The notes: generated from the letters alone by a model not told the origin. DNA of 47,676 nucleotides from an uncultured Alphaproteobacteria bacterium (GCA_964449455.1 CAYUYV010000015.1:3344-51019); one strand, 5' to 3'; shown: positions 26,551 through 36,172, counted from the stretch's first letter. Program-made: numbers and translations.

Positions 26551-27351
26551 CTACGGTTTGCGGAACCGCGTTCCCGGCGCCGGGGGGTGTTCGGGCGGTC
26601 CGGCGAAGCATTGGGCCATGGCCATCCAGCGGGTGGCGGTTTCTCCGGTCACCGTGAGCGCGGTGTCGGCGATGTTGCGCACCTGGGTCACCACCTGGCA
26701 GAATTCGGTGGCGCTGCCTTCGACCTTATTGTCCGTCTGCGGCGTGTTCCACTCCCAGATTTCTCCGGACGGCGCGGTCAGGCGCACATAGGGGATGTCT
26801 GCCGGGATCTCCAGACCGCGGACCATGAAGGTCCAGCCAAAGGTGTTCAGGCCCAGATGAGCGATGTTCCGGATACGGTCCGCATCGACCCGCTCAACGC
26901 CCAGCGTGTCATAGACTTCCTGACCATGGGCCCAGGTCTCCATCAGTCGGGCGGTGATACTCGAGCGCACGCTCATATCGGGTCCGGCCCATTTAACACG
27001 GGCCTTGGGGTCCGCCTCGGCAAAGCGCGCCGCCATGGTGGGATAATAATCCGCCCAGGCATCGAACAGGGCCCGCCCCGAGAGGCCGCCCAACCACCCG
27101 GTCTCGAAGCTGCGCAGCGTGCCCCCGCCTTCCAGTTCCTTTGCCACATCGGCATAAAAGGACTGGAAGGCACCGCTGTCCGTTAGGGATGTATCGGCCG
27201 CCCAGTTCCACATATGAAGGTGGCCCACCACGTCATTGATGGTCCAACCCTTGAATTGAGTTGCCTGCTGAAAATCCGTATCGGAAAGCGGTTCAAGCAG
27301 CGCGTGCAGGGCGTCGCTTTCTTCTTTGAAGTCGATAGCCTGCTGCATCAT
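26551..27351 (-). CDS. DinB/MDMPI_N-fold putative metal-binding protein (TIGR03084-like)
   Basis: 266 aa. W.INDVVGHLHMW and RLMETWAHGQEV motifs recalled from the mycothiol-maleylpyruvate-isomerase N-terminal superfamily. The start overlaps the upstream stop (ATGA). Confidence 0.65.
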   Translation of the reverse strand: MMQQAIDFKEESDALHALLEPLSDTDFQQATQFKGWTINDVVGHLHMWNWAADTSLTDSGAFQSFYADVAKELEGGGTLRSFETGWLGGLSGRALFDAWADYYPTMAARFAEADPKARVKWAGPDMSVRSSITARLMETWAHGQEVYDTLGVERVDADRIRNIAHLGLNTFGWTFMVRGLEIPADIPYVRLTAPSGEIWEWNTPQTDNKVEGSATEFCQVVTQVRNIADTALTVTGETATRWMAMAQCFAGPPEHPPAPGTRFRKP

Positions 27352-28502
27352 TGCGTGTCCTCCACCTTGAGATAGCCGTGGAGCCGGTCATAGGCGGACA
27401 GGAAATCCTCCATGAACTCGACCATCACGGTCCGGACGGACTGCTGGCTGTTCATCAGGCCCACGCCCTGGCCGACCCAATAGGTGGCAAGCTCCTTCGC
27501 CCCGTCATGGCCGCCATCGGCGAGCTTGTCGATCTTGGAGAGGGCCGGCTCACTGATCATGGACTGGAGTGGCATGGGTAGGGGCTCGGGGCTGCCCTGG
27601 GCCTCCCAAGCATCCGTCCACGGAGAGCGGAGCTGGCGGGAGAATTTGCCCGTGCGGCTCTTGGAGCGCACCGTATCCGATGAACGCGCCGTGACCATTT
27701 TGTCCTTCACCGCAGGCAGGGTTTCGGCTTCGGCCGTTGTCAGCCACATGGACGCGGTCCAGGCGCCGGCAGCACCCATGGCCATGCAAGCGGCCATCTG
27801 CCGGCCCGTGGCGATGCCACCGGCGGCCAGAATGGGCGTGTCGCCATAGGGCTGAATGCCAATATGCACTTCCGGGATCAGCACCATGGTCGAAACGCTG
27901 CCGCAATGGCCGCCCCCTTCCGTACCCGACACAATCAGCACATCGACGCCGGCCTGGACCTGTTTGATGGCGTGCTCCTTGGCACCGACCAGGGCACCGG
28001 TCTTCACGCCCCGCTCACGGGCCATGTCCAGCATGATTTGGGGGGGCACACCGAGGGCATTCACGATGAATTTGATGGGATAGGAAAAGGCCACATCGAG
28101 CAGGCGCTTGGCCCCGCTCTCCTGGATGTTTTGGCCGATCCCACCGAATTGCTGGCGCACATCGTCAGTGAGGTCACTGGAGTCGATGCCATGGCTCTCC
28201 AGGATCTGGGAGGCGAATTTCTTGTGTTCTTCCGGGATCATGGCGATGATCTGCTCCGCCGACGGAGTAGACCCGGAAATGGCGGATTTGTTGGGGATCA
28301 GCAGGTCCACACCGTAAGGCCGGCCATCGATATTCTCATCGATCCATTTGAGTTCGGTATCAAGGGCTTCAGGGGAAATGCCGCCAGCGCCCAGGACGCC
28401 GAGCCCGCCGGCCTTGGAGACTTCCGTTACCACATTTCGGCAATGGCTGAAGGCGACGAGGGGAAAATCGATCCCGAACATGTCGCAGATGGGTGAGTGC
28501 AT
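27348..28502 (-). CDS. Nitronate monooxygenase family FMN oxidoreductase (NMO/2-nitropropane dioxygenase-like)
   Basis: 384 aa. TIM-barrel flavoenzyme motifs (GGLGVLGAG, SGTEGGGH, PILAAGGIATGRQ). GGAGA SD 6 nt upstream of the ATG. Confidence 0.85.
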   Translation of the reverse strand: MHSPICDMFGIDFPLVAFSHCRNVVTEVSKAGGLGVLGAGGISPEALDTELKWIDENIDGRPYGVDLLIPNKSAISGSTPSAEQIIAMIPEEHKKFASQILESHGIDSSDLTDDVRQQFGGIGQNIQESGAKRLLDVAFSYPIKFIVNALGVPPQIMLDMARERGVKTGALVGAKEHAIKQVQAGVDVLIVSGTEGGGHCGSVSTMVLIPEVHIGIQPYGDTPILAAGGIATGRQMAACMAMGAAGAWTASMWLTTAEAETLPAVKDKMVTARSSDTVRSKSRTGKFSRQLRSPWTDAWEAQGSPEPLPMPLQSMISEPALSKIDKLADGGHDGAKELATYWVGQGVGLMNSQQSVRTVMVEFMEDFLSAYDRLHGYLKVEDTQ

Positions 28503-28684
28503 GGCAATTCTCCCGTTGTTTGGTAGGATCGTTTATCTGTCAGTGTCGGTGCAAATCCTGGTGTCCTTTTGGGTCCGGTAAACGCGGGTCCAGTAAAGCC
28601 ATCGAGGGGCGCTTGATCCGTGTGCTGATGCGCCAGATAGCTTTGCGGCCCTGGCAAGGGCAGCGCGAGCATGGTGGACCCGCA

Positions 28685-30679
28685 TCACGATGCGGCGACC
28701 TCAATATCGAACAGCATGTCATGCGCGGCGACCTGGGCGCCGGTTTCGGCATGGACAAGGGTCACGGTGCCATCGGCTTCGGCCAGGATCTCATGCTGCA
28801 TCTTCATGGCTTCGAGGATCGCAAGGCGCTCACCCGTGGTCACCGACTGGCCGGCCCGGACGAAGATCTCGATAATCCGGCCATGCATGGGGGCCGTGAC
28901 CTGGCCACCGCCCGTGCTATCGTCCGCATCCCGACCGCTGGTGTTGGCGTTGCGGAACAGGAAGCTGGCGGCCCCCTCCTGGAGGTGAAGCTCTGAGCGT
29001 GATGCGGCCAGAAACACGACATTGCGGCGCCGTCCTTCGACGACGAGGCGTGCAAAGGGCGCTTCCAGGTGCTCCAGGGTGACCGCCAAACTCTGTCCGT
29101 GCCCGTCAACTCGATATGTGCCTTGGCCCTGGGGCGTGATGGTCACGTCCACAGCGCTGTCGCCCACTTGCGCCACATAGGGAAAGATGAGCGTGCCGGC
29201 ACTCACCCAATCCATCAGTTCCGGGGACCGGACAAGGCTCTTGCCGGCGGCGGCTTCCCGGCGCAATGCGTAGTCAATGACGCCAGCCATGGCGGCGTGG
29301 GACATGTCCGGAACCGGACCGGCGAGGTCTTGTGCGCCGAACTCTTCGGCAATGAAGGCCGTTGTGGCACCGCCTTGGGCAAAGGTCTCCCGTTCCAGGC
29401 AATCGACCAGAAATGCCCGATTGGTCCGCAGACCGATGAGACCCAAATCCTTCAGGGCGCTGGCGAGGCGCCGCCGGGCCACGTCCCGCGTAGGGCCATG
29501 GGCCATGACCTTGGCAATCATGGGATCGTAAAAGGGAGACACGGACTGGCCGGAAACGATTCCGGTGTCGATGCGCACGCCCTCTCCCTGCGGTGCTTGC
29601 CACAGGGTGATCGTTCCGGTAGCGGGCAGGAAATCCTGAGACGGATCTTCTGCATAGAGGCGGGCTTCGATGGCATGGCCATCAAGGCGGATGTCGTCCT
29701 GGGTCAGGCCCAGCGGTTTGCCCTCGGCAACCTGGATCTGAAGGGCGACGAGGTCGAGCCCAGTCACGAGTTCCGTGACTGGATGTTCCACCTGAAGCCG
29801 CGTATTCATTTCGAGGAAATAGAAGGCGCCATCCTGACCGAGAAGAAATTCGACCGTACCGGCTCCCTCATAGGCGATGGCTCGGGCAGCGGTCACGGCA
29901 GCCTCACCCATCCGGGCGCGCAGCTCCTTGGTGAGGACGGGGCAGGGTGCTTCCTCGATCACCTTTTGATAGCGTCTTTGTACGGAGCAGTCCCGTTCGC
30001 CCATATGGATTGCCGAGCCATGGGCATCGCCGAAGACTTGGATCTCAACATGGCGTGGCCGGATAATGGCCCGTTCCAGGATCAATTCACCGGAGCCGAA
30101 GGCATTCTCGGCCTCGGAGCGGGCGAGTGCCAGGGCATCGGACAGTCCTTCCATCCCATGGACAAGTCGCATGCCCCGCCCACCACCGCCGGCCGCCGCT
30201 TTGACCATCAAGGGAAAGCCGATGGATCGGGCCGCATCAATCAGGGTCGCGTCGCTTTGATCCTCGCCCTCATAGCCCGGCACACAAGGCACGCCCGCGC
30301 CAATCATGCGCCGTTTGGCATCCGCCTTGTTGCCCATGGCCGCGATGGCCTCTGGAGAGGGGCCGATAAAGGTCAGCCCAGCCTCGGCACAGGCCTTGGC
30401 GAAACCGGCATTCTCCGACAAAAAGCCATAGCCCGGATGAACGGCGTCCGCACCGAGCTGGCGCGCTGCGTCGATAATCCGCTCCGGGTCCAGATAGCTT
30501 TCGCCAGCGGGTGCTGGTCCGATCAGGGCGGCGTCATCGGCCAGGGCCACATGGGGCGCATCTGCATCGGCTTGCGAATAGACTGCAAGGGCCCGTCGGC
30601 CCAGAGCCTTCACGGTCCGTATGACCCGAACTGCGATTTCGCCGCGATTGGCGATCAGGATGGCGTTAAGCTCAGCCAT
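28685..30679 (-). CDS. Biotin carboxylase + biotin carboxyl carrier fusion (acyl-CoA carboxylase alpha subunit, MccA/AtuF/PccA-like)
   Basis: 664 aa. ILIANRGEIA, GGGGRGMR and ATP-grasp core motifs. C-terminal biotinyl domain with EAMKM. Confidence 0.9.
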   Translation of the reverse strand: MAELNAILIANRGEIAVRVIRTVKALGRRALAVYSQADADAPHVALADDAALIGPAPAGESYLDPERIIDAARQLGADAVHPGYGFLSENAGFAKACAEAGLTFIGPSPEAIAAMGNKADAKRRMIGAGVPCVPGYEGEDQSDATLIDAARSIGFPLMVKAAAGGGGRGMRLVHGMEGLSDALALARSEAENAFGSGELILERAIIRPRHVEIQVFGDAHGSAIHMGERDCSVQRRYQKVIEEAPCPVLTKELRARMGEAAVTAARAIAYEGAGTVEFLLGQDGAFYFLEMNTRLQVEHPVTELVTGLDLVALQIQVAEGKPLGLTQDDIRLDGHAIEARLYAEDPSQDFLPATGTITLWQAPQGEGVRIDTGIVSGQSVSPFYDPMIAKVMAHGPTRDVARRRLASALKDLGLIGLRTNRAFLVDCLERETFAQGGATTAFIAEEFGAQDLAGPVPDMSHAAMAGVIDYALRREAAAGKSLVRSPELMDWVSAGTLIFPYVAQVGDSAVDVTITPQGQGTYRVDGHGQSLAVTLEHLEAPFARLVVEGRRRNVVFLAASRSELHLQEGAASFLFRNANTSGRDADDSTGGGQVTAPMHGRIIEIFVRAGQSVTTGERLAILEAMKMQHEILAEADGTVTLVHAETGAQVAAHDMLFDIEVAAS

Positions 30680-30691
30680 TGGTCCGAAGCC

Positions 30692-32485
30692 CTAAAGTTG
30701 GCCGGCAAGATGTGCCGGAACGGGTATGGGATAATCGAGCAGAATCTGGGCGTAGCCTTTTCCTTGCGGGTCATTGCGCAGGCTGGCCATGCCGCCGCCG
30801 CCGAGCACATTGTGGATGAGGAGGTTCAGGGCCGGAGGGCCGGGCAGATAGAAGCGTTCAACACGGGTTGGCTCGAAATGAGCGAAGGCGCCGGCCACGA
30901 CTTCCTCCGTCAGGGCCGCCCAGATATAGGGCATATAGTCCGCATGCCGTGCAATAATACCGACATTGGCATGATTGCCTTTGTCTCCGCTGCGAGCCCA
31001 GGCAAGCCGGATGAGCGGCACTGTGGCGGGAGCGCCTGCGAAATCGGGCGGGTCCGGGAGGGCGGCGCGTTCGATTTCCGCAGCATCAAACGGCTTGCCG
31101 ACGCCTTTGGGAAGCGTGGTGGTCTCGCCGTCCATATCGAGATGAATGGCAACGGCCTCCTTCGGCACAAGGAAGGAAAACAGCCGGACCACGGGCGAGG
31201 GGCTGGGACGGCCGCCTTGGAATCCGGACAGGCCCGGCGGCGTGGCAAGGCCGAGGCCCGTGATCTCCCGCAGCAGAATGCCAACGCCCTTTTGGTCGTC
31301 ATGCTTGGCAGCGATCTTCACAGCCACTTCCCGGGCCCCGTCAATGCGCCGGCCAGAGCCATACTGACTTTCCGCACCGATCACTTCGACACTGATCTCC
31401 TCAAAGTCACCGATATTCATGGTGCGCAATGTGGCTCGGGCCCGCGCGATGGCCGCATCGGCAAAGGCTCGGGCCTTTTGGTCCGCGTCAATACCGTAAA
31501 AGGTCAACACGGTGCCGCCGCGGAATCCGTCAGCAAGGGTCGCTGAAACCTTATAACTGTCCGTAGCCGGCGTGCCCTTTGCGCCTTCAACAAGGACGCG
31601 GTCGGGCGCCGCCTGGGTAAGGCGGACAGCGGAGAAATCGCAGACCACGTCAGGGACCAAATAGGCCTGGGGATCACCAATTTCATAGAGCATCTGTTCG
31701 CCGACAGTGCCCACGGAGACAAGCCCGCCGGTTTCCTCCGGCTTGGTCAGGGCGAACCGCCCAGAGCCTTCAATCTCGGCAATGGGATAGCCAATGTCCT
31801 GGATCGTGTGCGCGACCTGTTGCCAGTCCGTGAAATTGCCGCCCGTGGCCTGGGGGCCGCATTCGAGCAGATGGCCCGCCAGGGTGCCGGCGGCGAGCCG
31901 GTCCCAATCATCCGCCTGCCAACCAAATTCATGGATGCAGGCGCCGAGGGTTACGGCGCTGTCAACACAGCGCCCTGTGATGACAATGTCCGCTCCCTGT
32001 TCAAGGGCTTGCGCGATGGGAAAGGCACCCAGATAGGCATTGATGCTGGCGACTCGTCCGGCATCGGGGAAGATCTCTCCAGAGAACATTTCAGGGATCT
32101 GGGCCTCGGCGAATCCTTGGGCCTCGCCCAGGAGGTCATCCCCGGTAATCACGGCGACCTTGAGGTCGAGGCCTGCGGCATGGACCAGGGCTCTGGCGGC
32201 CTCGCCACAGGCGACCGGATTGACCCCGCCGGCATTGGAGATCACCCGCACGCCCTGTCGCGCTATCTCAGTGAGATTATCCTTGAGCACCACACGGACA
32301 AAATCCGTGGCATAGCCCTGGGCGGGGTCCTTCGCCCGGGCGCGGGCCATGATCGACATGGTGATTTCGGCAAGATAGTCGAAGACGAGATAGTCAAGAT
32401 CGCCCTTGGCCAGGAGCTGGGGCGTCGCCATGGCGGACTCGCCCCAATAGCCGCTTGCACCGCCGATTCGAACGACTTTCTTCAT
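30692..32485 (-). CDS. AtuA family protein (DUF1446, acyclic terpene utilisation-like) with C-terminal DUF4387-like region
   Basis: MKKVVRIGGASGYWGES...DYLVFDYLAEITMSI is a typical DUF1446 N-terminus. Start trimmed to ATG 32485. Ends 12 bp before the carboxylase gene. Confidence 0.8.
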   Translation of the reverse strand: MKKVVRIGGASGYWGESAMATPQLLAKGDLDYLVFDYLAEITMSIMARARAKDPAQGYATDFVRVVLKDNLTEIARQGVRVISNAGGVNPVACGEAARALVHAAGLDLKVAVITGDDLLGEAQGFAEAQIPEMFSGEIFPDAGRVASINAYLGAFPIAQALEQGADIVITGRCVDSAVTLGACIHEFGWQADDWDRLAAGTLAGHLLECGPQATGGNFTDWQQVAHTIQDIGYPIAEIEGSGRFALTKPEETGGLVSVGTVGEQMLYEIGDPQAYLVPDVVCDFSAVRLTQAAPDRVLVEGAKGTPATDSYKVSATLADGFRGGTVLTFYGIDADQKARAFADAAIARARATLRTMNIGDFEEISVEVIGAESQYGSGRRIDGAREVAVKIAAKHDDQKGVGILLREITGLGLATPPGLSGFQGGRPSPSPVVRLFSFLVPKEAVAIHLDMDGETTTLPKGVGKPFDAAEIERAALPDPPDFAGAPATVPLIRLAWARSGDKGNHANVGIIARHADYMPYIWAALTEEVVAGAFAHFEPTRVERFYLPGPPALNLLIHNVLGGGGMASLRNDPQGKGYAQILLDYPIPVPAHLAGQL

Positions 32486-32501
32486 CGGACCCTCCCCATT
32501 G

Positions 32502-32523
32502 AAACCGAACGGGCATTCTGTTT
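32502..32523. promoter_or_regulatory. Imperfect palindrome AAACCGAA-N6-TTCTGTTT, candidate TetR operator
   Basis: 7 of 8 positions are symmetric. Lies 17 bp upstream of the AtuA-like start, in the AtuA/TetR divergent region. Confidence 0.3.
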
Positions 32524-32645
32524 TATAAAGGAAGGTCCTTGCGTCGGCAACCACCGGAAGGACAGGCGCTGGAACCGGGCCGTCGCAATTGGGGATGCTT
32601 CTAAAAGAGCCTGCGAGTTCGCGACCATGGGGGCGCACGTCATTG

Positions 32646-33296
32646 ATGGATGATGCGGGACAAAGTGAGGTCGAGGATCGCCGGGGGCGCAAGGCTGAGA
32701 TGGCCCGGCGCACCATCTGTGACGCCGTCATCACTTGCCTTGATCGCTATGGCTATGCGGAGACCACCATCAGCCGCGTCACCGAAACGGCCGGCGTTTC
32801 TCGGGGCGCCCTGACCCATCATTTTCCGACCAAGGAAGACCTGATGGTCGCCGCAACCGATCGCCTGCTCGGTCGCACCGCCCGCGCCCGTTTGCCCAGC
32901 GCAAGAGAGGGTCATCCGTCCCGTGAAGATGAGGGGGGTGATCTTGAGGCTGATTTTCTTTGGCTCTGGGATCGGCTGGCCAATACGAAGGAGGGGCGCG
33001 TCCTTCTGGAAATCTTGGTCGCGGCCCGGACCGACCGGGCCTTGAGGGCCAAGCTTGGGTCAAGGCTTGGCTATTGGAACGGCGCCATGAATGATCACTT
33101 CGCCGGGATCTATCACTTGGCCGAGGATGCGCCGCCGGAGATTGACTTTGCCGATCTGTGGACCCTGGCCCGTGTGTTCCTGCGTGGCCTGAGCACCCAG
33201 GGTCTGTTCGGCGCTGAGCCGGAGAGCCAACGCCGGCTGGTGCGCCTTTTCGCCCGCCTTATGGCCCCCCATTTGCGCCGGTCGCATAAATCATAG
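32646..33296 (+). CDS. TetR/AcrR family transcriptional regulator
   Basis: ...YAETTISRVTETAGVSRGALTHHFPTKEDL helix-turn-helix signature. Divergent from the AtuA-like gene. Start is either ATG 32646 or 32700. Confidence 0.85.
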   Translation: MDDAGQSEVEDRRGRKAEMARRTICDAVITCLDRYGYAETTISRVTETAGVSRGALTHHFPTKEDLMVAATDRLLGRTARARLPSAREGHPSREDEGGDLEADFLWLWDRLANTKEGRVLLEILVAARTDRALRAKLGSRLGYWNGAMNDHFAGIYHLAEDAPPEIDFADLWTLARVFLRGLSTQGLFGAEPESQRRLVRLFARLMAPHLRRSHKS

Positions 33297-33654
33297 GCAG
33301 CACCGCCGCTGCCAGTCAGCACGACATGCTTTGCCCCAAATAGCGCCGTCAATCATGGCGCCTTCAGTCGCCAAAAGCGGACCTTTATCGATTTGATCTA
33401 ATGCGCCCTGACCCGTATCAAAGCCCGTGATCGGTTAGCGCGGCTAAGGTTCCGACCGCATCGTGATGGGATCGTGATATTCAATGTCCCCCGAATGCCG
33501 CATTTCGACATCATCTGACAGCCAGAAGCGGGCCAGACTTGCCGCGGTGCAAGGCGAAGGGATATGACGGATTGGGCAGATGGTCAGGCAAGAGGGGCGA
33601 TGGCCTGTGCCCGATACCCAGCGCTTGCACTCCATGGCGGATCGGTGTCCCAGG

Positions 33655-33701
33655 CGATCTGGGGCGCTCTGCGACCGGGAGCGCTCTACGATCTGGGGCG
33701 C
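33655..33701. repeat. 13-bp direct repeat CGATCTGGGGCGC x2 (period 34 bp)
   Basis: Copies at 33655-33667 and 33689-33701, in the roughly 520-bp non-coding gap upstream of the MMPL gene. A second repeat, ATCGTGAT x2 with period 11, lies at 33460-33478. Confidence 0.9.
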
Positions 33702-33814
33702 ACCGCGATTGGCCGCGTCTCGGGGCCCGGGGCACTTTAAAATCGCTTTTGTAGTCACTCTCGCGTAAGTCGGGCCGGTTTGGATTGCGCAACCGGTATT
33801 TGGGGAGAAACGGC

Positions 33815-36172
33815 GTGGGCTCAATCGGTTTTGGCCTGGAATATCTCGGCCTCGTCGCGGTGGCGCGGCCGCGCATCACGCTTGTGCTGATCCTGGTGGT
33901 TCTCACGGTTGCGGTGATCGGCGCTGCCAAGACCCGTTTTGCGGACGATATGGCCACCATCTTCCAGTCCGCCGATGCGGCCTATCAAACCTATGACCAG
34001 TTCAAGGGCCAGTTCGTGGACGGCTCTGACTCCGCCATCCTGGTCGTGGATGGCGATTTTACCCGCGCGGACCACTGGGCGGCGCTGCAGGCCCTGGCCC
34101 AATCGGTCGAATCCCTGCCATCGGTTGCCGATGTGGTCTCGATCCTTTCGCTGCGCCGCCTGGAGTCCTCCGCGGGCGATCCGGCACCGGATAATTTTGA
34201 AGATGATCTGTTCGAGGATCCCGAGTTTGAAGCCGCGTCTGTGAAGCCGGCTGCCTTTGAAGAGGGCGCCGATGCCGGCCAGAACGGCATCGAAGGCGCC
34301 ATGGAACTGGGGGCTGCAGCGCTTGCGGTTCATCCGCTGAACGAAGGGGGACGGCTGCTCACTCCGGATTTTAAAAGTGCGACCATGATCCTTGCCCTGC
34401 CGGAGGACGGGGACCGGCTGGAGAATGCCCAGGCCCTTGCAGCGGATCTGGGCCCGCTTCTGGTTCAACTGCCGGACGGCATGACGGCGATGCTGAGTGG
34501 CTTGCCCATTGTCCGTGCCGAGATCGTGCGTCACCTCGTGGAAGAGCATCCGTTTATTCTGGGGGCGGGCCTCGGCATAGGGTTTCTCCTGGGCGTGGTG
34601 CTGCTGGGCATTCTTGTCGATGCCGTCATCGTTGCGGTGATGCCTATTCTCAGTATCGTGATGGTTTATGGCGGCTTTGGCTGGCTCGGCATTCCCATGA
34701 CGGTCATGCTGAACGACCTGCCCCTTTTGGTCCTGGCCCTGGCCTTCGCGGCGAATATGCATCTTGTCTATGCGGCCCGAAGGGACCTTTTCGCCGCTGA
34801 TTACGACTTCAAGGCTATTGCCAAGACCATCCGGTTCATCGGGCCGGCTTGCAGCCTCGCCAGCCTGACAACGATCGTTGCCTTTTTGTCCCTCGCGTTT
34901 TCCGGATCCAGAGCCATTGTCGAATTCGGCCTGATCGGCGCGGCGTCCGTGTTTGGTGTGCTCATCTCGGCCATGGTGTTTTTCCCGGTGACCGTGTGGG
35001 TCGCGCTCCATCTGGGCTGGCGGCCCCGGCCGGCATTGCAGGGTAAGGGACGTGTCGCCCAAGCCATTGAGGCCGCCGCTGTGGATGCCACCCGCCTTTT
35101 CTATGCCTATCGCTGGCCGATCGTGGTCTTTGTGGTGGTCGCGACGATTGGGGCCGGTATCGCTTATAGCCGCGTTACTCCGAGCTATACCTATCTTGAG
35201 GAAGTTCCGTCTGGATCTGAGACTTACAAGCTTATCGAGCGCCTGGAAGGGCAGCTGGGCGGGGCGCACACGCTTCACCTGCCGCTGCCCATTCCCATCA
35301 CTCCGGACGAATTTGACCTGGCGCCGCTTCTGAAGCTGCGCGACGTCCACAAAACCCTTGAAACCGAGCTTGGCCGGCCCGTCTATTCCGCCTGGACCAT
35401 CATATCCTGGCTGACAGATACCGGCCGCACTGTTTCGGCGCCCCGAATGGAAGCGGTTTTCGAGCAGGCGCCCAGCGGATTGCGGGGCCTGTTGTTGTCG
35501 AAGGACGGCAACACCCTGGCGCTCATGGTGCGGGTCTCGGAAACGGACGAAACGGATCTTGACAGCCTCGCCGCCCAAATCGAGACCGTGGCCGGTGAGG
35601 TGCTGGGCGCGGATCTGACAGGCCAGGCCACGGGCATCGTGGTGCTGGCCTCACGGGTCAGCGATGAGATTCTCTACAGGCTTGGCATATCCCTCGTGAT
35701 TGCGGCCATGGCAACGTCGCTGCTTGTCGGGTTTGGCTTCCGGTCGTTTGAGGTGGCACTGTTGACCCTGGTGCCGAATATTCTGCCTGTGCTAGCGGTG
35801 GGTGCGCTTCTTTACCTGCTCGATTGGCCGTTGCAAATCGCAAGCGCGCTCGCCATGACGATTGCCTTGGGCATCGCGGTTGATGACACTGTGCACATGA
35901 TGAATGGCTTTTGGGCCCAACGCTGTGCGGGGCGATCGCCGCGGGCCTGTATTGCCCGGACGATGCGGGAAGTTGGGCCAGTGCTGGTCTTGACCAGCTT
36001 CGTCCTGATGCTGGGCCTGTCGCCGGCCCTTTTGAGCTGGTCCCCCGGGATCGCCACTTTCGCCCTGTTCGCAATCGCCACGATCGGTATTGCTCTGGTC
36101 ACCTGTCTTGTGGCCCTGCCCGCCATCCTGGCCCTGCGGTTCCATCGGGGAACATCCGCGTGGCTCGACTGA
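33815..36172 (+). CDS. MMPL/RND-superfamily (HpnN-like) lipid exporter
   Basis: About 785 aa with two blocks of about 6 TM helices, each preceded by a large soluble loop. GGAGA SD 6 nt upstream of GTG 33815. The ORF track begins at TTG 33785. Confidence 0.8.
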   Translation: MGSIGFGLEYLGLVAVARPRITLVLILVVLTVAVIGAAKTRFADDMATIFQSADAAYQTYDQFKGQFVDGSDSAILVVDGDFTRADHWAALQALAQSVESLPSVADVVSILSLRRLESSAGDPAPDNFEDDLFEDPEFEAASVKPAAFEEGADAGQNGIEGAMELGAAALAVHPLNEGGRLLTPDFKSATMILALPEDGDRLENAQALAADLGPLLVQLPDGMTAMLSGLPIVRAEIVRHLVEEHPFILGAGLGIGFLLGVVLLGILVDAVIVAVMPILSIVMVYGGFGWLGIPMTVMLNDLPLLVLALAFAANMHLVYAARRDLFAADYDFKAIAKTIRFIGPACSLASLTTIVAFLSLAFSGSRAIVEFGLIGAASVFGVLISAMVFFPVTVWVALHLGWRPRPALQGKGRVAQAIEAAAVDATRLFYAYRWPIVVFVVVATIGAGIAYSRVTPSYTYLEEVPSGSETYKLIERLEGQLGGAHTLHLPLPIPITPDEFDLAPLLKLRDVHKTLETELGRPVYSAWTIISWLTDTGRTVSAPRMEAVFEQAPSGLRGLLLSKDGNTLALMVRVSETDETDLDSLAAQIETVAGEVLGADLTGQATGIVVLASRVSDEILYRLGISLVIAAMATSLLVGFGFRSFEVALLTLVPNILPVLAVGALLYLLDWPLQIASALAMTIALGIAVDDTVHMMNGFWAQRCAGRSPRACIARTMREVGPVLVLTSFVLMLGLSPALLSWSPGIATFALFAIATIGIALVTCLVALPAILALRFHRGTSAWLD

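Noticed and set aside
29069-31546. 825-aa plus-strand ORF opposite the biotin carboxylase and AtuA-like genes
   Set aside because: Antisense artefact of high GC. It spans two clearly real minus-strand genes and their 12-bp junction, and shows no domain-like motifs.
32486-32734. 83-codon upstream extension of the AtuA-like ORF. Similar 5' extensions occur on ORFs 5735-7447, 4403-5701, 17035-18639, 13257-14477, 22890-23636 and 41781-43403.
   Set aside because: Family-typical N-termini start at internal Met codons, often with a good Shine-Dalgarno. The extensions overlap neighbouring genes or promoters and look like random high-GC translation.
33444-33824. 126-aa minus-strand ORF, or its 63-codon Cys-containing C-terminal part, in the gap upstream of the MMPL gene
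   Set aside because: No SD, third-position GC is only moderate, and there is only a loose resemblance to small Cys-rich (DUF1289-like) proteins with an incomplete Cys pattern. It is kept as a note inside the gap finding rather than as a feature.
33821-35578. 585-aa minus-strand ORF opposite the MMPL transporter
   Set aside because: Antisense to a gene with a coherent 12-TM architecture. The translated sequence is Arg/Gly/His-rich with no hydrophobic or motif structure.
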